A stretch of DNA of 64,000 bases from Clostridiaceae bacterium (GCA_031549525.1 JAVBPQ010000060.1:6501-70500), one strand, 5' to 3'; positions 9,416 to 18,964 are shown, counted from the stretch's first letter. Numbers and translations: made by a program. Notes: a model not told the origin generated them from the sequence alone.

Positions 9416-9459
9416 AAGCCTATCAATAGATTAAATTAGTTTCTATGATAGGCTTTTTT
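9416..9459 (+). terminator. intrinsic terminator after the GPH transporter
   Basis: AAGCCTATCA / TGATAGGCTT stem followed by TTTT. Confidence 0.65.
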
Positions 9460-9518
9460 ATGTTATTTTTTAAAAATTTTAGAATATAAAGGATAAGAAA
9501 AGTTTAACTAAACAGCTT

Positions 9519-10058
9519 ATGGAGGAATTTGATCTTAGCAAAACTTCTGTATATAATGCTTTGACTTTAAATAAGCTATGTCTTGAGGCTCAAGCTTTAG
9601 TATGGGATGACAAGTTGACAAATGCAGCAGGTTTAAATTTAGCTAAGGTAAACCATGAGACTCAACTTAGGATAATTGAAACCCTTGGAATAAAGAAGTT
9701 AAATGATATAAGAACCCTTAAAATCCTTTGTTCAAAGAACAATATAAAGGAAGATGATATAAAGAAAGTAGCAGAAAGAATGAATACCTATGCACCTACT
9801 GATATAACATTCTCAATAAAGGTTCACAAGGAATATGTAGGATCATTTGTCGATAAAGTAGCAGAGATAAATGAATCAATGCTCAAAGAAAAAGACGATG
9901 GCAAGAAGAGAAAATCTCAAAAATCTAGGATGAATAACTTTCTTAGAATAAAGTATGACGAGAACTTGATGGATATATATTTAAGAGCGCAAACTGTATC
10001 TGAAATTTCTCATAAGAGAATGATTGCAAGATCTTTAGAAGAATTAGCCAAGTTATAA
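9519..10058 (+). CDS. ParB-like HTH plus C-terminal domain protein lacking the N-terminal ParB/Srx domain (possible gene remnant)
   Basis: With the in-frame codons upstream of the ATG, SLTKQLMEEFDLSKTSVYNALTLNKL...KLTNAAGLNLAKV aligns by eye with the Spo0J/ParB helix-turn-helix region. The frame is closed by TAG at 9480, so no N-terminal domain can be encoded. Confidence 0.5.
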   Translation: MEEFDLSKTSVYNALTLNKLCLEAQALVWDDKLTNAAGLNLAKVNHETQLRIIETLGIKKLNDIRTLKILCSKNNIKEDDIKKVAERMNTYAPTDITFSIKVHKEYVGSFVDKVAEINESMLKEKDDGKKRKSQKSRMNNFLRIKYDENLMDIYLRAQTVSEISHKRMIARSLEELAKL

Positions 10059-10435
10059 CTTTTAAAAATTTTCTAATAATTTCTATCCATTTAAAAACAA
10101 GGATTCTGATACAAATCTAGGTGAGAGCCTGCAATGTAAAGAATTTCTTCATATATTAAAATAAATTTAATCTTAAATTTCGACTTAATTAGATAGAGAT
10201 TTTAAGATTTTTAATCATTTCATCAAATAATCAGAATATCAAATTTAATTTTAAAAAACACAAAATCTTAAATACTATTCCCTAATATTTTACCTATCTT
10301 TTATTTTTCTTGCGAAGATTCTGAGCGAAATTTTTCAAAAGTATGCACATTTAAAATACTAAAATTCCACGATTGAACTAATTTGTATTCACTTTTATAC
10401 TCACTTCTTTAAAAATTTAAAATAATAAAACTGAT

Positions 10436-10466
10436 AAACCTGCAGTTTTTATAAATCTGCAGGTTT
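10436..10466. terminator. hairpin terminator downstream of the minus-strand gene 10471..10827
   Basis: AAACCTGCAG / CTGCAGGTTT perfect 10-bp stem. Confidence 0.55.
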
Positions 10467-10470
10467 ATAA

Positions 10471-10827
10471 TTAATTTGAAAGTTTCATTACAACAGCAAA
10501 AGCTATAGAAGCTACACTTATTACTATTGCCATGATTCCTATTATTGTAGCTACACACATATTGCTTACGAGTTTAATGGTATTTTCAATTTTATAATCC
10601 ATTTTATCTAGTCGTACAGAAATATTATCTAGAGTTTTCAAAAAAAGTAGGAGGGTTTCTTCATCATCATGATCTGTTGCAGTTATGGCAATTTCACCTT
10701 TTAATATCCTTGTATCCACTTCTTCAATAGACCACTCTTCAAGTTCATCTGCCATAAATTCTCTTGGAGGAAAATTAAAATCTTTATCAGTTAAAGCTGA
10801 CTCTTCATTGTCCACAGTTTGTTTCAT
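10471..10827 (-). CDS. hypothetical acidic protein with a C-terminal transmembrane anchor
   Basis: I place the start at the ATG behind AGGGGGA (MKQTVDNEES...). The C-terminal hydrophobic stretch is VATIIGIMAIVISVASIAFAVVM. No family recognised. Confidence 0.45.
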   Translation of the reverse strand: MKQTVDNEESALTDKDFNFPPREFMADELEEWSIEEVDTRILKGEIAITATDHDDEETLLLFLKTLDNISVRLDKMDYKIENTIKLVSNMCVATIIGIMAIVISVASIAFAVVMKLSN

Positions 10828-11111
10828 AAAATATCCCCCTAAAAATAATAGGTTATACATATACTAAAATTGATTAGAATATTGTAACATATTTTCAATT
10901 TATAAAAAAGTCATAAATACAATGTTTTTATATCAATAATATTTAATTTTATTTAAAATATTATTAAAAAATGAGCGTATATAAAGTAAAATCGAAGTTT
11001 TCTTATCTTGATAAGAAAAATAAAAGATAAATAAATGCATATAATTCCTTTATTTACAAAAAATACCTTTAGTGTGTTTAACATCACTACATTAATAAAG
11101 GAGGAGATAAA

Positions 11112-13322
11112 ATGATTTGTTTTAAAAAAGTAGGATTTTGTACAAAATTCTTATGCTTTATTTTGGCACTATTTTTCTTACAGAATATTGGCATTAAAGC
11201 ATTTACAGAAAATAGTTACATAAATAAAGATATGCAATATGCAGCTAATCCTATGGGGGAGGTGCTTGGTCAAATCACAGATTTAGTTACAAGTGAAAAA
11301 CTAAAGGATGCAAAATTAGTCATATCAAATGGAGCTTTAAATCGAGAGACAACAACTGACGTGGAGGGAATGTTTAGTTTTAAAGATGTTCCAGTCGGTA
11401 CATATACCATTTCTGTAAATGTTGCAAATTATAATCCTGCAACTCAGAGTGATGTGGTAATAAATCAAGGAATAAAGACTGTAAATGACTTTGCTCTTAC
11501 AAAGATGAGAGGAAATTTAACAGGGTATGTAACAGATAAAGTGACCTCAAAACCTATTGAAGGAGTTTTGATCACAATTACAAATGATAAAAAATCCTAT
11601 TCACAGACTACAGATTCAAATGGAAAATATGTAATAAGTAGTGCCTATGCAGGAGTGTATGGTGCAACTGCCAAAATGGAAAACTATAATATTGAGGGTC
11701 CTTCATCTGTTGCAATTACAGGGGAGCCTTTAGAAAAAAACTTTGCTTTGACAAGACAGACAGGAGGCATAACAGGTAGAATTACAAGCTCTGAAAATAA
11801 GCTTGGACTTTCTCAGGTTTTAATTAAAGTCACTGATGGTATAAATAATTATGAGGCTTTAACTGATTCGAATGGAAACTTTACAATAGATGATGTTTAT
11901 TCAGGAACATATAAGGTATTTGCAAATTTAAAAGATTATGAAGAAAAACAATTGACTGATGTGCTCATAGAAAGTGGAGATATGGCAAGTCAAAGTTTTG
12001 AAATGTCGAGAAAGGCTGGAAGCGTATCTGGAAAACTAGTAGGGAAAATATTTGGAAAAGTAAGAGACGATTTAAATGGAAGTGCTATATATAGAGCAAA
12101 AATAACTCTAAAGGATAAGGATAATACTTATATTGCTTATTCAGATGAGAGCGGATACTATGAAATTAATGATGCAATAGTTGGAAACTATGATATGACA
12201 GTAGAATATGAAAATTATAATACTAAAATCATGAGCGAGATCAGTATAAATAACGCATATCCAACTGAGCAGGATATAAAAATGAAGAGCTCACTAGGAG
12301 CATTAAAAGGAAATGTAACAGATGTGATCTATGGTAATAAGATTCAAGGAGCAAAGGTTGTAGTGAGCAATGATAAAAATGAGTATATATTTTTTACAGA
12401 CCCAAATGGCGATTATATTGTAAACAATATAAAAGAAGGAACTTATGATGTGACAGTTAGCAAAGTAAATTTTGATAAAAGTGTTGCAAATGGTATAACA
12501 GTGACAAATGGAGATATAATTTCTCGAAATTTTGCTTTAGAGAGCCATTTTGGAAGCCTTACAGGGAAAGTAGTGGATAAAAATACTGGTGATCCTATTC
12601 CATCTGCAAATATAAAACTTGCAAATCAGGATAAAGAGATAAATACAATAGCAGATGAATATGGAAATTATAGTATAGACGGGGTACTGCCAGGGAATTA
12701 CGATATAACTGCAAGCTTAAATGGATACGACCCTAGTTCAAAATATGACGTGACAATCAATATTGCAGAATCAATAAAATTTGACTTTCAGCTTTTAAAA
12801 AATATAGGAACTGCAAATGAGGCTTTAGGGGAAGTAAGCCCTAATGAAACTTTAAGCAATACTCCCATAGCAACACCAAATTTAATGGGGAGCATGCTTT
12901 TAGGTTCTAATAGTGTCATAATCACACCTGAATTGCCTACTTCTTACAATTTAAATGTACAGCAGCCAATTGTAGAATCTATTTCTAGCGCAAATGAAAT
13001 AACAGGAACAGGGACAGCAGGGGATACAGTTGTGGTGGTTATGCCTGATGGAACAGAATTAAAGCAGCAAATAGATGATAGTGGAAAGTGGTCCATAGCA
13101 ATGCCTTCTGCAAATGCAGGATATAATATAGTAGTATATGCTTTAGATAATGATAACAATTTAAGTGCAAATGTGAATGTAAAAATAGTAGAATCTCTTC
13201 CTGCTACAGGAGAATATCATTTAAACAGTTGCTATTTAAATTATTCAAAATATATAGCTTTATTCTTATTTTGGGGAATGTTCATGATGATCATATTGAG
13301 AAAATTTAGTAAAAATATATAG
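11112..13322 (+). CDS. LPXTG-anchored cell-surface protein with six CarboxypepD_reg-like beta-sandwich repeats and an Ig-like domain
   Basis: It has a signal peptide and six roughly 85-aa repeats, each with a G..G.V.D....PI..A.I......TDS/PNG.Y.I....GTY pattern. The sorting signal is LPATG (13197-13211), then a hydrophobic stretch and an RKFSKNI tail. Confidence 0.8.
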   Translation: MICFKKVGFCTKFLCFILALFFLQNIGIKAFTENSYINKDMQYAANPMGEVLGQITDLVTSEKLKDAKLVISNGALNRETTTDVEGMFSFKDVPVGTYTISVNVANYNPATQSDVVINQGIKTVNDFALTKMRGNLTGYVTDKVTSKPIEGVLITITNDKKSYSQTTDSNGKYVISSAYAGVYGATAKMENYNIEGPSSVAITGEPLEKNFALTRQTGGITGRITSSENKLGLSQVLIKVTDGINNYEALTDSNGNFTIDDVYSGTYKVFANLKDYEEKQLTDVLIESGDMASQSFEMSRKAGSVSGKLVGKIFGKVRDDLNGSAIYRAKITLKDKDNTYIAYSDESGYYEINDAIVGNYDMTVEYENYNTKIMSEISINNAYPTEQDIKMKSSLGALKGNVTDVIYGNKIQGAKVVVSNDKNEYIFFTDPNGDYIVNNIKEGTYDVTVSKVNFDKSVANGITVTNGDIISRNFALESHFGSLTGKVVDKNTGDPIPSANIKLANQDKEINTIADEYGNYSIDGVLPGNYDITASLNGYDPSSKYDVTINIAESIKFDFQLLKNIGTANEALGEVSPNETLSNTPIATPNLMGSMLLGSNSVIITPELPTSYNLNVQQPIVESISSANEITGTGTAGDTVVVVMPDGTELKQQIDDSGKWSIAMPSANAGYNIVVYALDNDNNLSANVNVKIVESLPATGEYHLNSCYLNYSKYIALFLFWGMFMMIILRKFSKNI

Positions 13323-13327
13323 AAAAA

Positions 13328-13367
13328 AAGTATCTTCAATTTATTTTTTAATTGAAGATACTTTTTT
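13328..13367. terminator. bidirectional terminator between the surface protein and dppA
   Basis: AAGTATCTTCAATT / AATTGAAGATACTT perfect 14-bp stem flanked by an A-run and a T-run. Confidence 0.8.
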
Positions 13368-13374
13368 CTACATT

Positions 13375-14175
13375 CTAATATAATCCAAATTTCATCATTC
13401 TCAATACTTCGTAATAATCTGTGCTATAAAATCTAAGAGTAGTAGATGATATTTTTTCCATTCCTGGGTAGAAACTCTTTTTATATGCTTTTGCTGGATC
13501 TTGAAAACAAATTTCAATATCAAATTCCTTTGGAAGATCTAAAAAGCAATTTGATATATCATTTGTAAGGGCAGATTTTACACCATGCTCTATGAGCATT
13601 AGAGATAATTCTGGATGAATAGAAATAGTAGATGTACCAAAATGCTTATTTGTAGCTAAAGTGTGTATATTTGGGTTTATATTCTTTGCAAAATTGCAAA
13701 TACCTGCATCACCGCTTAAGAATACTACAGGGACACCTACATAAGAAGCTATATATGTATTTATAAGGTATTCATTTACCAATTCTCCATTTATTTTAAA
13801 AGAATGTATACTTGTACTATATGTATGGCAAAGAGGATTATCTTCAAAAGATGCACCAGAGTGATATCCTATCATCAATGCAGCATCAAAAGTGCTGTCT
13901 ATTTCTTGCATCATTGAAAAAGGGTGGCCGCTCATCCCTCTTACCATGGTGACGTTTTTAGGGAGAATGTTAAAATCAATGTTGCAGCACCATGAATGCC
14001 CATCTTTTATTAAAATCTCTGTTGCTCCTGCGGAATTTGCTCCAATGCAAGCTGCTGCCACTTCTTTAGACATCTGTTCTGCAAATATCGCATATTCTTT
14101 TTTGTCATGATTACATTGATCCCAGTTTAATATCCCTGTTACGCCCTCTATATCTGCACTTATGTATATTTTCAT
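13375..14175 (-). CDS. dppA: D-aminopeptidase DppA (peptidase M55)
   Basis: MKIYISADIEGVTGI...IKDGH...GYHS pattern typical of the M55 family. Confidence 0.75.
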   Translation of the reverse strand: MKIYISADIEGVTGILNWDQCNHDKKEYAIFAEQMSKEVAAACIGANSAGATEILIKDGHSWCCNIDFNILPKNVTMVRGMSGHPFSMMQEIDSTFDAALMIGYHSGASFEDNPLCHTYSTSIHSFKINGELVNEYLINTYIASYVGVPVVFLSGDAGICNFAKNINPNIHTLATNKHFGTSTISIHPELSLMLIEHGVKSALTNDISNCFLDLPKEFDIEICFQDPAKAYKKSFYPGMEKISSTTLRFYSTDYYEVLRMMKFGLY

Positions 14176-14338
14176 ACTTTAATATAGTTCCCTCCTCAAA
14201 AATAGTCTAAATTATTTTAACATAAATACAAAATATAATACAGTATGAGCGTTAATCAAAATAATTTTAAAAAACTATTCTTTTTAGGTTGCTTTAAGAT
14301 ATATAATAAAAATAGATTATATATGGAGGATTATAAAC

Positions 14339-16117
14339 ATGATCAATGAAAGAATTGGTTTACTTAGGAAAGAGATGTCTAAAAATAATATAGACTATTA
14401 TATCATTAAGGATAGCGACTATCATAACAGTGAATATGTAGATTCACATTTTAAGGAAAGATCTTTTATTTCTGGGTTTACAGGCTCTGCTGGAATTATT
14501 GTGGTATCTAAAGATGAAGCTTGTTTATTTGCAGATGGAAGGTATCACATTCAAGCAGAGAAACAAATAGAAAATACAGAGATAAAATTATATAAGATAG
14601 GCCTTGAAGGTGTTATAAATCACTTAGAATATTTAAAAGAAAATATAAAAGATGGTGAAACTATCGGATTTGATGGAAGATGTTTTGGCTTAATAGAATT
14701 TAAAAATATGAAAAGTCAATTTGAAGATAAAAATGTGAATTTTAAAATTGATCTTGATCTTATCGGAGATATATGGGAGAATAGGCCTTCTGCAAAAGTT
14801 GGAAGGGCATTTATACATGATTTAAAATACTGTGGAGTTTTGCGAGAAGATAAGATACAAAAAGTAAGATGTAAGATGAATGAGCTTTTAGCTGACTATT
14901 ATGTCATATCTTCATTAGATGATATTGCGTGGCTTTTAAATATAAGGGGCAATGATATACCAAATAACCCTGTGGTAGTGAGCTTTTTATTTTTAAGCGA
15001 AGATGAGGTTGTTTTCTTTGTAGATGAAAGGAGAATATCCAAAGAAGTAAGGGAGGATCTTGAAAAATCAGGTATTAAAATTGAAGCATATGATAACATA
15101 TACGAGAAAATAAAATCTATAGATAAAGGGTTCATTTTATTTGATGAAGCAAAGACAAATTGTAAGATGGTTGATTTAATAGATGAAAAAGTGGAAAAAA
15201 TCATAAAGAGAAATATTGTTACAGATATGAAAGCTATAAAAAATAAAGTGGAAATTGAAAATTTAAAAAAAGCTCAGATTAAAGACTGTGTAGCTTTAGT
15301 TAAGTTTTTTAATTATATAGATAGCCATATTGGCAAAGAGACCATAACTGAACTTGATGTAGCAGATCTTTTAGAAAAATTCAGAAAAGAGGATGATGAA
15401 TTTGTAGAACCAAGCTTTGATACCATAGCAGGATATAAAGAAAATGGTGCAATTGGTCATTATAAAGCTACCGAGGAGAGTTTTAGCACTCTATCAGATG
15501 AAGGATTTCTTTTAATAGATTCAGGAGGCCAATACTATTCTGGAACTACAGATATAACGAGGACCATTTCCTTAGGAAAAATCTCAGATGAAATGAAAAG
15601 GGATTTCACTTATGCTCTAAAGGCTATGATAAATTTAACTAAAACAAAATTCTTAAAAGGAACAAATGGAATACCTTTTGATATGATGGCAAGATCAATT
15701 TTATGGAATTATGGAATAGATTATAAACACGGTACAGGTCATGGACTTGGATTTTTCTTAAATGTTCATGAAGGTCCTCAAGGATTCTCATTAAAATCAA
15801 ATCCAACAGTGTATTTTGAGCCTGGAATGCTCACAACTAATGAACCTGGAATATATAAAGAAGGAAAATATGGAATAAGGCATGAGAACGATATGCTCAC
15901 TGTAGAGATAGGAAAAAATGAGTATGGTGACACATTTATGGAATTTGAAACTGTGACATTTTGTCCTTTTGATATTAAAGCAATAGATAAGGAATACCTT
16001 ACTTTAGATGAAATCAATTGGATAAACGAATATCATAAAAAGACATTTGAGCTTTTAAGTCCTTTCCTTGATGATTCTTCTATAGAGTGGCTTAAAAAAG
16101 CTACAGCTAAAATATAA
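14339..16117 (+). CDS. pepP: Xaa-Pro aminopeptidase (M24B, aminopeptidase P family)
   Basis: 592 aa. Creatinase/prolidase N-domain plus M24 metal ligands (DSGGQY...TDITRT...HGTGHGLG...HEGP...NEPG...E). Confidence 0.8.
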   Translation: MINERIGLLRKEMSKNNIDYYIIKDSDYHNSEYVDSHFKERSFISGFTGSAGIIVVSKDEACLFADGRYHIQAEKQIENTEIKLYKIGLEGVINHLEYLKENIKDGETIGFDGRCFGLIEFKNMKSQFEDKNVNFKIDLDLIGDIWENRPSAKVGRAFIHDLKYCGVLREDKIQKVRCKMNELLADYYVISSLDDIAWLLNIRGNDIPNNPVVVSFLFLSEDEVVFFVDERRISKEVREDLEKSGIKIEAYDNIYEKIKSIDKGFILFDEAKTNCKMVDLIDEKVEKIIKRNIVTDMKAIKNKVEIENLKKAQIKDCVALVKFFNYIDSHIGKETITELDVADLLEKFRKEDDEFVEPSFDTIAGYKENGAIGHYKATEESFSTLSDEGFLLIDSGGQYYSGTTDITRTISLGKISDEMKRDFTYALKAMINLTKTKFLKGTNGIPFDMMARSILWNYGIDYKHGTGHGLGFFLNVHEGPQGFSLKSNPTVYFEPGMLTTNEPGIYKEGKYGIRHENDMLTVEIGKNEYGDTFMEFETVTFCPFDIKAIDKEYLTLDEINWINEYHKKTFELLSPFLDDSSIEWLKKATAKI

Positions 16118-16124
16118 AATTTAA

Positions 16125-16152
16125 GGGCTTGCTTTGCAAGCCTAGTTTATTT
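16125..16152 (+). terminator. intrinsic terminator after pepP
   Basis: GGGCTTGC / GCAAGCCT hairpin followed by a T-rich tract. Confidence 0.6.
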
Positions 16153-16162
16153 AGGTGATGTA

Positions 16163-17200
16163 ATGACAAAAGGGATAACATGTGAAGAATTGATAGAAGA
16201 TGATATTTTAATCGATGTTAGAACAAAGAAAGAGTTTTTAGAAGCTCATATAACAAATGCAATAAATATACCTATTCTAGATGATAAAGAAAGAGAAGAG
16301 GTTGGGTGTGTTTATAAAAATGAAAGCAAAGAAAAAGCTAAGCTGCTAGGGATACAATATGCTACAAGAAGGCTTGAAAATTTCTTAAAAGAGTTTTTTA
16401 ACGTTTATGACAGGCATAAAAAAAACATCTTTTATTGTGCAAGGGGAGGCATGAGGAGCGGAAGCGTCGTTTCTCTTTTAGATTCCCTTGAGTTTAAGGT
16501 TTATAAGCTTCAAGGTGGATATAAATCCTATAGAAATTTTATTATAAATAAAATACCAAAAATGAATGAAGGTATACAATATATAATGCTCCATGGAAGG
16601 ACAGGAGTAGGAAAGACCATAATATTAAATAAATTAAGAGAATTAAATTTTAATGTTTTAGATTTTGAGAGGGGAGCAAATCATCGAGGATCTGCACTTG
16701 GATCTGTAGGGCTTGGTGAGAGTGCATCTCAAAAAAGCTTTGAGACATTTATTTATGAATCCTTAAAGAATAAAACAGGAGACTATATATTTGTAGAAGC
16801 TGAAAGTAAAAGGGTAGGAAATGCATATATACCTGATTGTATATTTAACTCTATGAAAAATGGATATCATATTTTAATCCATATGCCTATGGAGGAGAGG
16901 GTTAAAATTTTACAAGATGAATATTTAAAATTTGAAAGTTCTCATGAAGAAATAAAAAATTCTATTTTAAAATTAGATAAGCAAATTGGAAATAAACTAG
17001 TAAATTTGTCCATAGAATTGTTAAATAACAAAAAGTATGATGATCTTATCATATTGTTAAATGAAAAATATTATGATCCTCTATATGATAAATCTATAAA
17101 AATGTATAAATATGATCTTATAATACAGGGACAATCTTTAGATGATATAGTTTTAAATATAGTGAAATTTTATAATTTAAAAAACCTGGGGTATTCGTAA
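16163..17200 (+). CDS. selU: tRNA 2-selenouridine synthase
   Basis: N-terminal rhodanese domain with active-site CARGGMRS, followed by the P-loop GRTGVGKT. Size and order match SelU/MnmH. Confidence 0.8.
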   Translation: MTKGITCEELIEDDILIDVRTKKEFLEAHITNAINIPILDDKEREEVGCVYKNESKEKAKLLGIQYATRRLENFLKEFFNVYDRHKKNIFYCARGGMRSGSVVSLLDSLEFKVYKLQGGYKSYRNFIINKIPKMNEGIQYIMLHGRTGVGKTIILNKLRELNFNVLDFERGANHRGSALGSVGLGESASQKSFETFIYESLKNKTGDYIFVEAESKRVGNAYIPDCIFNSMKNGYHILIHMPMEERVKILQDEYLKFESSHEEIKNSILKLDKQIGNKLVNLSIELLNNKKYDDLIILLNEKYYDPLYDKSIKMYKYDLIIQGQSLDDIVLNIVKFYNLKNLGYS

Positions 17201-17209
17201 CCCAGGTTT
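17182..17209. terminator. bidirectional terminator overlapping the two convergent stop codons
   Basis: AAACCTGGG / CCCAGGTTT 9-bp stem; the loop contains the selU stop. Confidence 0.6.
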
Positions 17210-17960
17210 ATTCTTTATCTATAAAGAATTTTCGTGAAAAATCGATCATTAAAAATAAATTTGATATCTTCCTTATGCTCTTAGTTATGCTTAAATCATT
17301 TTTTGATATTATGTGAAATATGCTATTTTCAATATACAATTCTTTTATATCTGTAAATTTAATTATATTATCATCGCAAATATAGCTTTCATTTGAGATG
17401 CTTATTTCTCCAAAGTCTACCATTTTATCTTCGGATAACATGTCATTTAACTTAGGCATGTTATATTTATTGAATACATAATTTATATCGTCATTTAAAC
17501 TTTCAAAATTATGGACAAATTCGCTCTTAAGAACTAATTTTTGATTATCGAAGGTGAGTATTTTAAGAGATACATCCATATTTTTAACGCCAACAGTCAT
17601 TAAATATTTCTTAGATAAGGTATAATATTTAAAGGTATCATAATAAATGCTTTTTATGTTTTCAATAGGATATTTTTTGCTAAATCCAAAAGTGAAATAG
17701 ACAAATCCATTTTCATATATGTCGATCCTCTTTGTTAAATTTGAAACATGAATAAATATAATTATTATAAATATAATAGATGAAAAGAATAATATTATAA
17801 TAAGAGGCACCAAGCCTATCTTATTGCTTGATTTATTATACATATTAATTCCATAATATATAATGAAGAAAAGAACAGATGCAATACAAATAATTGATAG
17901 TATTGAAATGTTCTTTTTAAAGCTATAAGACCTTATTTTGTTACCAAAAGCTCTAAACAT
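17208..17960 (-). CDS. hypothetical membrane protein (two N-terminal TM helices, soluble C-terminal part)
   Basis: Hydrophobic segments ILSIICIASVLFFIIYYGI and LVPLIIILFFSSIIFIIIIFI. No family recognised. Confidence 0.45.
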   Translation of the reverse strand: MFRAFGNKIRSYSFKKNISILSIICIASVLFFIIYYGINMYNKSSNKIGLVPLIIILFFSSIIFIIIIFIHVSNLTKRIDIYENGFVYFTFGFSKKYPIENIKSIYYDTFKYYTLSKKYLMTVGVKNMDVSLKILTFDNQKLVLKSEFVHNFESLNDDINYVFNKYNMPKLNDMLSEDKMVDFGEISISNESYICDDNIIKFTDIKELYIENSIFHIISKNDLSITKSIRKISNLFLMIDFSRKFFIDKE

Positions 17961-18020
17961 TTATATACCTCAAGAAAACTATTAATAAATTTAGTCATAT
18001 TTAGAGAACATTATTTACAA

Positions 18021-18632
18021 CTATAATAAAGTAGCATTCATGGGAATAATACCATCTTGAAAATCTTCAGTTTGATCAAAGTCTGATAAATCCATGATGA
18101 ATTTAACCCAAGTGTTGCTTTTATCCAAAATGGCAGAATAGCATTTACCCTTTATGTTTTTAGAGTTAAATTGCCATAAAATATGAAGCCCTTCTTCATT
18201 AGTAAAACCTTCATTGTTTGATTGAACTATTGCAGATTTTAATTGACTGAATATGTAATTTTGGACAGAGGAAAGGGCATCCCATCCATTACAACTTGCT
18301 ATCTCTGGGAATATTTCGATAGCATAAATGACTTCCACATCATCTAAATATGCTTTAAGCCATTCAGCTGAAGTTACAGGATAGGACTTTTTTAGGCTTT
18401 TTTTAAATTCTTTTATCTCTTTTTTGGCAATAGAATCATCCTTCACTGAATCTCTTTCAATAAAAAAAATTTCCATACCATCACATTGTATTGAAACATC
18501 CTTCCATTGTTCATCAGTTCCGGATTCGAGTTTAAGAGAAGCTTTTATGTTTTTTAAATATAGAAAATTTCTTATTTCATTTAAAGGTATATATCTATCG
18601 TCTTTTGTCAAAATTCTTACAATTTGCCCCAT
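18021..18632 (-). CDS. hypothetical cytoplasmic protein
   Basis: I place the start at the ATG 6 nt after AGGAGG (MGQIVRIL...). No motif recognised. Confidence 0.45.
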   Translation of the reverse strand: MGQIVRILTKDDRYIPLNEIRNFLYLKNIKASLKLESGTDEQWKDVSIQCDGMEIFFIERDSVKDDSIAKKEIKEFKKSLKKSYPVTSAEWLKAYLDDVEVIYAIEIFPEIASCNGWDALSSVQNYIFSQLKSAIVQSNNEGFTNEEGLHILWQFNSKNIKGKCYSAILDKSNTWVKFIMDLSDFDQTEDFQDGIIPMNATLL

Positions 18633-18760
18633 GCTCAACCTCCTTAAAAGTGGACTGTATTATTATATAAACAAGAGTACTTATAACTTATAAATAATAT
18701 TAAAGATTTTTTAATTTTAATGTTATTAAAATAAGGCAATAAAATCAAGGTTATTATTTA

Positions 18761-18789
18761 TTGACACTAATTAACTCTTAAATTATAAT
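18761..18789 (+). promoter_or_regulatory. consensus sigma-A promoter of the aro operon
   Basis: TTGACA, a 17-nt spacer, then TATAAT, about 175 nt upstream of aroF. Confidence 0.65.
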
Positions 18790-18964
18790 GTAAGCAAAAA
18801 ATAATTGTTTATTGAAAATTGCTGAGTTTAAGCTATATTTATATGATTTTCAAATACAAGCTTACTTATACAAAAATTTTTAAATAAAGTTAAGAATTAA
18901 ATTAATTAGCAGATGATGTTGATTATAACATATTATTATATAAAATTTAAATGAGGTACTCACT

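Noticed and set aside
10861-11111. c-di-GMP riboswitch upstream of the LPXTG protein (by analogy with Clostridioides difficile adhesins).
   Set aside because: The region is almost pure A/T, with none of the conserved G/C-rich GEMM-I or GEMM-II elements.
18843-18887. 14-codon ORF MIFKYKLTYTKIFK in the aro leader, as an aromatic-rich leader peptide.
   Set aside because: It has no Shine-Dalgarno sequence and no downstream terminator/antiterminator. Phe and Tyr codons (TTT, TAT) are frequent by chance in this AT-rich DNA.
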